Assembly: GCA_965242725.1 (NCBI GenBank)
Contig: CBDESZ010000025.1
Span: 1 to 64,000 of the forward strand
Source of the DNA: Alkalispirochaeta sp.
GTDB lineage: Bacteria > Spirochaetota > Spirochaetia > DSM-27196 > Alkalispirochaetaceae
Reading direction: 5' to 3'
DNA: 64,000 nt
A program made the position numbers and the translations under genes. Below are positions 60,176 to 64,000 of the stretch, piece after piece. The notes under the pieces are model-generated. The model ran no database searches. It saw only the letters and a list, made by a program, of their open reading frames with translations, and was not told where the DNA came from. Within the stretch, counting starts at the first letter, position 1; the number at the start of each line of letters is the position of its first letter.

Positions 60176-61519
60176 ATGGGGCGGCAAAAACAGCGTCGTC
60201 CCCTGTTGATATACGCTAACGGCGACCGTGTGGGAACGTGGGAGATTGACACACGAGGAACGCATGCCTTCTCCTACCACCCATCCTGGGTTTCGTCGCC
60301 CCGGGGCCGCCCCCTTTCACTCTCGTTGCCATTTCTTCCCGGCAACCGGCAACACACCGGTGATGTTGTCAGCGCGTATTTTGAAAATCTCCTCCCTGAT
60401 AACGTGGAAATCCTGCGGCGGGTACAGGCTCGGTTCGGCACTTCATCGATCGGTGCCTTCGACATCCTGAGCGAAATCGGTCGGGATTGCGTCGGCGCTA
60501 TTCAAATATTCTCCGGTGATCAGGCTGCACCCGACGTTCATTCCATTTCAGGAACGCCCCTTACTGAGTCGGAAATCGCTCGGTTATTGGAGGACGCCCT
60601 TGTTGTTCCGGGACTCATGTCGGAGAGTCGGGACGAGTTCCGTATTTCCATCGCCGGGGCGCAGGAGAAAACGGCTCTTTTATATCATGACGGCCAATGG
60701 ATGCGCCCGCGAGGCGCAACACCAACCACTCATATCCTCAAACTTCCGTTGGGGAAGATCGGTATTTACGGTGTCGATTTGACCACCTCTCCGGAGAATG
60801 AATGGCTCTGCGGTCGGATCTTCAACGCTTTCGGGCTGTCGGTGCCGGATAGTACTGTTATGCAATTTGAAGGCCGGCGAGTGCTTGTGGTGACTCGCTT
60901 TGATCGTACACCTTCCGGAGATGGAACGTGGATCGTCCGCCGGCCCGTCGAGGATTTCTGTCAGGCCACCGGTACCCCGCCGAGTCAAAAGTACGAATCA
61001 GACGGCGGGCCGGGGATCGGGACGATAATGGAAATCCTTGGTGCCAGTGACGTCACCACCGACAGACAGACTTTCCTGACCGCACAGATACTCATGTGGA
61101 TGCTTGCCTCCACCGACGGACATGGGAAGAATTTCAGTATCTTTCTGGATGCGGGAGGGCGGTTCCGACTGACGCCCTTTTACGACGTAATTTCCGCATG
61201 GCCCGTCGTTGGTAGTGGACCAGAAAGGATCCCGCTCCAACGACTCCGTATGGCCATGGCCGTGACCGGCAAGAACCGGCACTATCGGTGGGACACGATC
61301 ACTCCCCGTCACTGGATCGAGACGTCCCGACGAAACGGTATTCCCCAATCGACCACGAACGGTATCATTGAGAGCCTAGTTGAGAATACCGAGTCGGTCA
61401 TCCGGCAGGTTGTCTCTGAACTGCCCGCCGGCTTTCCGGAATCGACGGCGACCGCGGTATTTGAAGGACTTCGGAATTCGGCTGAAAGGTTGGGGAAGGG
61501 GCTGGAGGCAGGTAGCTGA
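60176..61519 (+). CDS. hipA: HipA serine/threonine kinase toxin
   Basis: LSLSLP, NLLPD, GRDCVGA, SIAGAQEK, HILK, DGHGKN, PFYD. Confidence 0.94.
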   Translation: MGRQKQRRPLLIYANGDRVGTWEIDTRGTHAFSYHPSWVSSPRGRPLSLSLPFLPGNRQHTGDVVSAYFENLLPDNVEILRRVQARFGTSSIGAFDILSEIGRDCVGAIQIFSGDQAAPDVHSISGTPLTESEIARLLEDALVVPGLMSESRDEFRISIAGAQEKTALLYHDGQWMRPRGATPTTHILKLPLGKIGIYGVDLTTSPENEWLCGRIFNAFGLSVPDSTVMQFEGRRVLVVTRFDRTPSGDGTWIVRRPVEDFCQATGTPPSQKYESDGGPGIGTIMEILGASDVTTDRQTFLTAQILMWMLASTDGHGKNFSIFLDAGGRFRLTPFYDVISAWPVVGSGPERIPLQRLRMAMAVTGKNRHYRWDTITPRHWIETSRRNGIPQSTTNGIIESLVENTESVIRQVVSELPAGFPESTATAVFEGLRNSAERLGKGLEAGS

Positions 61520-62265
61520 TCTACGACCTATGACGAGTAGGGCAATCGCGTCATTGCCGGCGTACATTGAGTAAACGGTCGATCATGGTTGTATTTGTGG
61601 CAACTCATGCCGGATTCGCATGGCAACTTGGGCAGCATGGAATACCTCTCCGGCGCCCATGAACATTCGCCGTAGATACGCTGATAGTATCACTATAATA
61701 CAAGCTTCCCCACGACGGAGTCTCGTCAATTACGTCCGGTTTGACATTTTATATAAGGTGATTCTACCAAATATTATTGTCTCGAGATTCCTGGCAGAAC
61801 CACCTTGCAGCAACGCATAGATATTTATCTTGGGTACTTTCTGGAGATTTTTGCTGACCAAGGACTTCGTGAGCATTTGGGAGCCGAGCTGTATAGCTGG
61901 GTCGGAGCCACGTCGGAGGTCGAGTTGCTCATACAGTTGGACGATGCAGTCATTTCGGTGGCGGTAGAGTCGTCATAACAATGCAGGAGGGGACTGAGTC
62001 TCCAAATGTGCTTCATCAAGTACGCCCCGTCTCGTGCCGTTAAAGCCGCCGGGCAAAACCATGGTCGTTCCTGACCGCTCGTAACTTTGCCATTGTATGT
62101 CTTGCAGTATCTCAAGAATAATTGACCTGAAACGGCGCCTTCACGGCGATCTATCGGAGTCGGGAAAGAGACGTCGTGAAACGTGCCAGTGCGGGCAATA
62201 ACATCAGTATTTTTTTGCTGCGCTATACGATTTGTATGAGTACCACCTCAGACCCATCTAAAGAT

Positions 62266-62460
62266 CACCTATTCCGCGTCAACCTTGCCAACACCCGCCT
62301 GCCGTTTGGGTGATTCCGGGGGCAGTTGCTGATTGAAATCCCCGAACCGTACGTCTTCTGGTTTCGCGGACGGGTTTTCCTATATGAGCGTTGGGATTCG
62401 TGTTGGCTTCCCTGTACAAGATCAAGACGAACGGGTTGGATGGATAGCTTAAGCCGCTTT
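62266..62460 (+). pseudogene. Decayed second copy of the DUF3820 gene
   Basis: LANTRLPFG-stop-FRGQLLIEIPEPYVFWFRG..., frameshift, then MLASLYEIK-like LASLYKIKTNGLDG-stop; DNA aligns by eye with ~59631-59826. Confidence 0.8.
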
Positions 62461-62633
62461 TCAGTTAAAATCTGCCTGCCGAATCCGATCAACGACAGTA
62501 TTGACGGCGATTGTGCTCACCCTGTCTCTGGCAGTCCATGGTGTAACCGATACTCGAAGAGGCGCTCTGAGCAATAGATGAATCGGCGCCGGCGCAATAT
62601 ACTGGAGCAGTACAAGGAGATACATTGCTGGAC

Positions 62634-64000
62634 ATGCAGAGACGCCCATCCCAAACTGTTTCTCCTCGTTCTCGTATTGGTCGGAGGTGGATTGAGTCGC
62701 GGGTAGTGATTGTTGTATTGCTGGGGCTGGCGCTTGTCGGCGGGGTGTGGGGGCAAAGCCAGATACCGGCGGAAGACACCAACTTCCTCGCGGTCACTGG
62801 AAATACTGACAACGGCGATACAGACGCCTACCAGGTGGTTTTTTTCCAGGTACCCAAGACGGTAACCGGTCCGTTGTATTTCGCAGTATACGACCCGGGA
62901 GTTGATGACGCGGCGGGGACTGGAGGTCCTGACACTGATCCGGACCAGGGAAATACGGGAAACTGGGAGTTTCGGCTGTATGGAGGGACCGGCACGTTGA
63001 CCGGGGACCAACGCCAAAGAAATTACACTTTCGCTGGCGGACGCCACGCGGGGCACTCAGCGTGGGACTACAATCGGGGGAGCGGGAGATGCCGCCAACA
63101 CCGATGAAACGTGGTGGTATTTTGAACCTGTGTATCCCAATGACGGCGAACTGATCGGCAATTCCTACTACTTCAAAGTATTTGCGACACATGACAACGG
63201 ATCCAAGAATGCGTTCCAGCTGGATGTGTCCTATACACCCGGGAGTAACGTCTCAGGAAACCACTGGTACGGCGGGACACCAACCGGTGTAGGTGATGTC
63301 CGTGCATTTGCGTACGCCTGGACGTTGAATCTTCTGGACAGAACAGTTGCTCCCAATAGCTGGGATCTCTACCCGTTCGTACCGGATAGCGCCAATGATA
63401 GTACCGGACAGATAACCCGTCACTTCTGGGACTTTGATGATCTCACCCTCCCCACAGACTCCGGACAACTGTTCAACAAAGATGGAGTTTCAGTTGCCAC
63501 CGGATTGACTGGCGACGGAAGTGCTGACACCAACAGCTCCTATGCTGTGACCGGTCAGAGAAACGGCACGTGGCAGTTGCGAATCACCGAGGACAATGGA
63601 GCCGAGGTCGACATCAACACTTCAATGGTCTGGTTTACCGGTACCAATCCGGTCGAAAACTACCGGACCTACGCCGCACCATACAATCCGTCGCCTGCCG
63701 ACCACGCGGTCGTGACTCCAACCACCGCCTCTGTCTTTGAGAACAACCCGGTCACGATGTATCTTCAACTTCTTGATTCCGACGGAAACGAAGCACCGTA
63801 TGTGCGCACCGTCCGGGTTACCGCGGCATCCACCGGGCCGGGAACGGTGGTCATAAACGGGGTGGATAACGATGAACTGGTCACCACCAATTCAGAAGGC
63901 TATGCAACGTTCACCGTCAATATCGCGTCGGTAGCCTCCGGTACCGAAACTGTTACCGTTACACTAACCACCGACGGCGAACTGGGCGCCAGTCGTCTGC
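62634..64000 (+). CDS. Large secreted beta-rich surface protein, frameshifted near 63003-63006, runs off window
   Basis: Signal peptide, then a Thr/Gly/Asp-rich sequence. The first frame stops at 63107; another frame is open from 63001 to the window end with the same composition. Confidence 0.75.

Noticed and set aside
1..64000. tRNA, rRNA, CRISPR arrays, transposases, integrases
   Set aside because: None recognised by eye; short RNAs could have been missed without covariance searches

Overview
GC-rich bacterial chromosome window. A Spirochaetaceae-like origin is inferred from gene content (Hsp70-SBD/LysM membrane protein, YjfB, several MCPs), not confirmed. In order, it holds: a molybdenum cofactor biosynthesis operon (moaA, moaC, mobB-mobA fusion, moeA, moaD, moaE-moeB-rhodanese fusion); an amino-acid symporter and M20 amidohydrolase; an MCP ending in CZB-like and hemerythrin domains; two Crp/Fnr modules with visible TTGAC-N4-GTCAA-type boxes (an HMA/P1B-ATPase pair, and a permease-less DUF1858-SBP/GTPase/ABC-ATPase/methyltransferase operon); a sodium:solute symporter operon; a GH16/GGDEF-REC/HEAT-GT2/beta-barrel polysaccharide locus; housekeeping genes (rlmN, azlCD, mscS, sbcCD, serC); a two-component pair; a toxin-antitoxin-rich accessory patch (decayed vapBC, hipBA between two DUF3820 copies); and a frameshifted large secreted protein at the right edge. 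The most striking candidate for a new system is the gene pair at 26988-29392. The two genes look like reciprocal chimeras: lipoate-ligase N-part + acyl-CoA ligase C-part, then acyl-CoA ligase N-part + lipoate-ligase C-part. Only a heterodimer would rebuild both folds. No rRNA, tRNA, CRISPR array or transposase was recognised. All family calls come from motif recognition by eye; no database searches were run.
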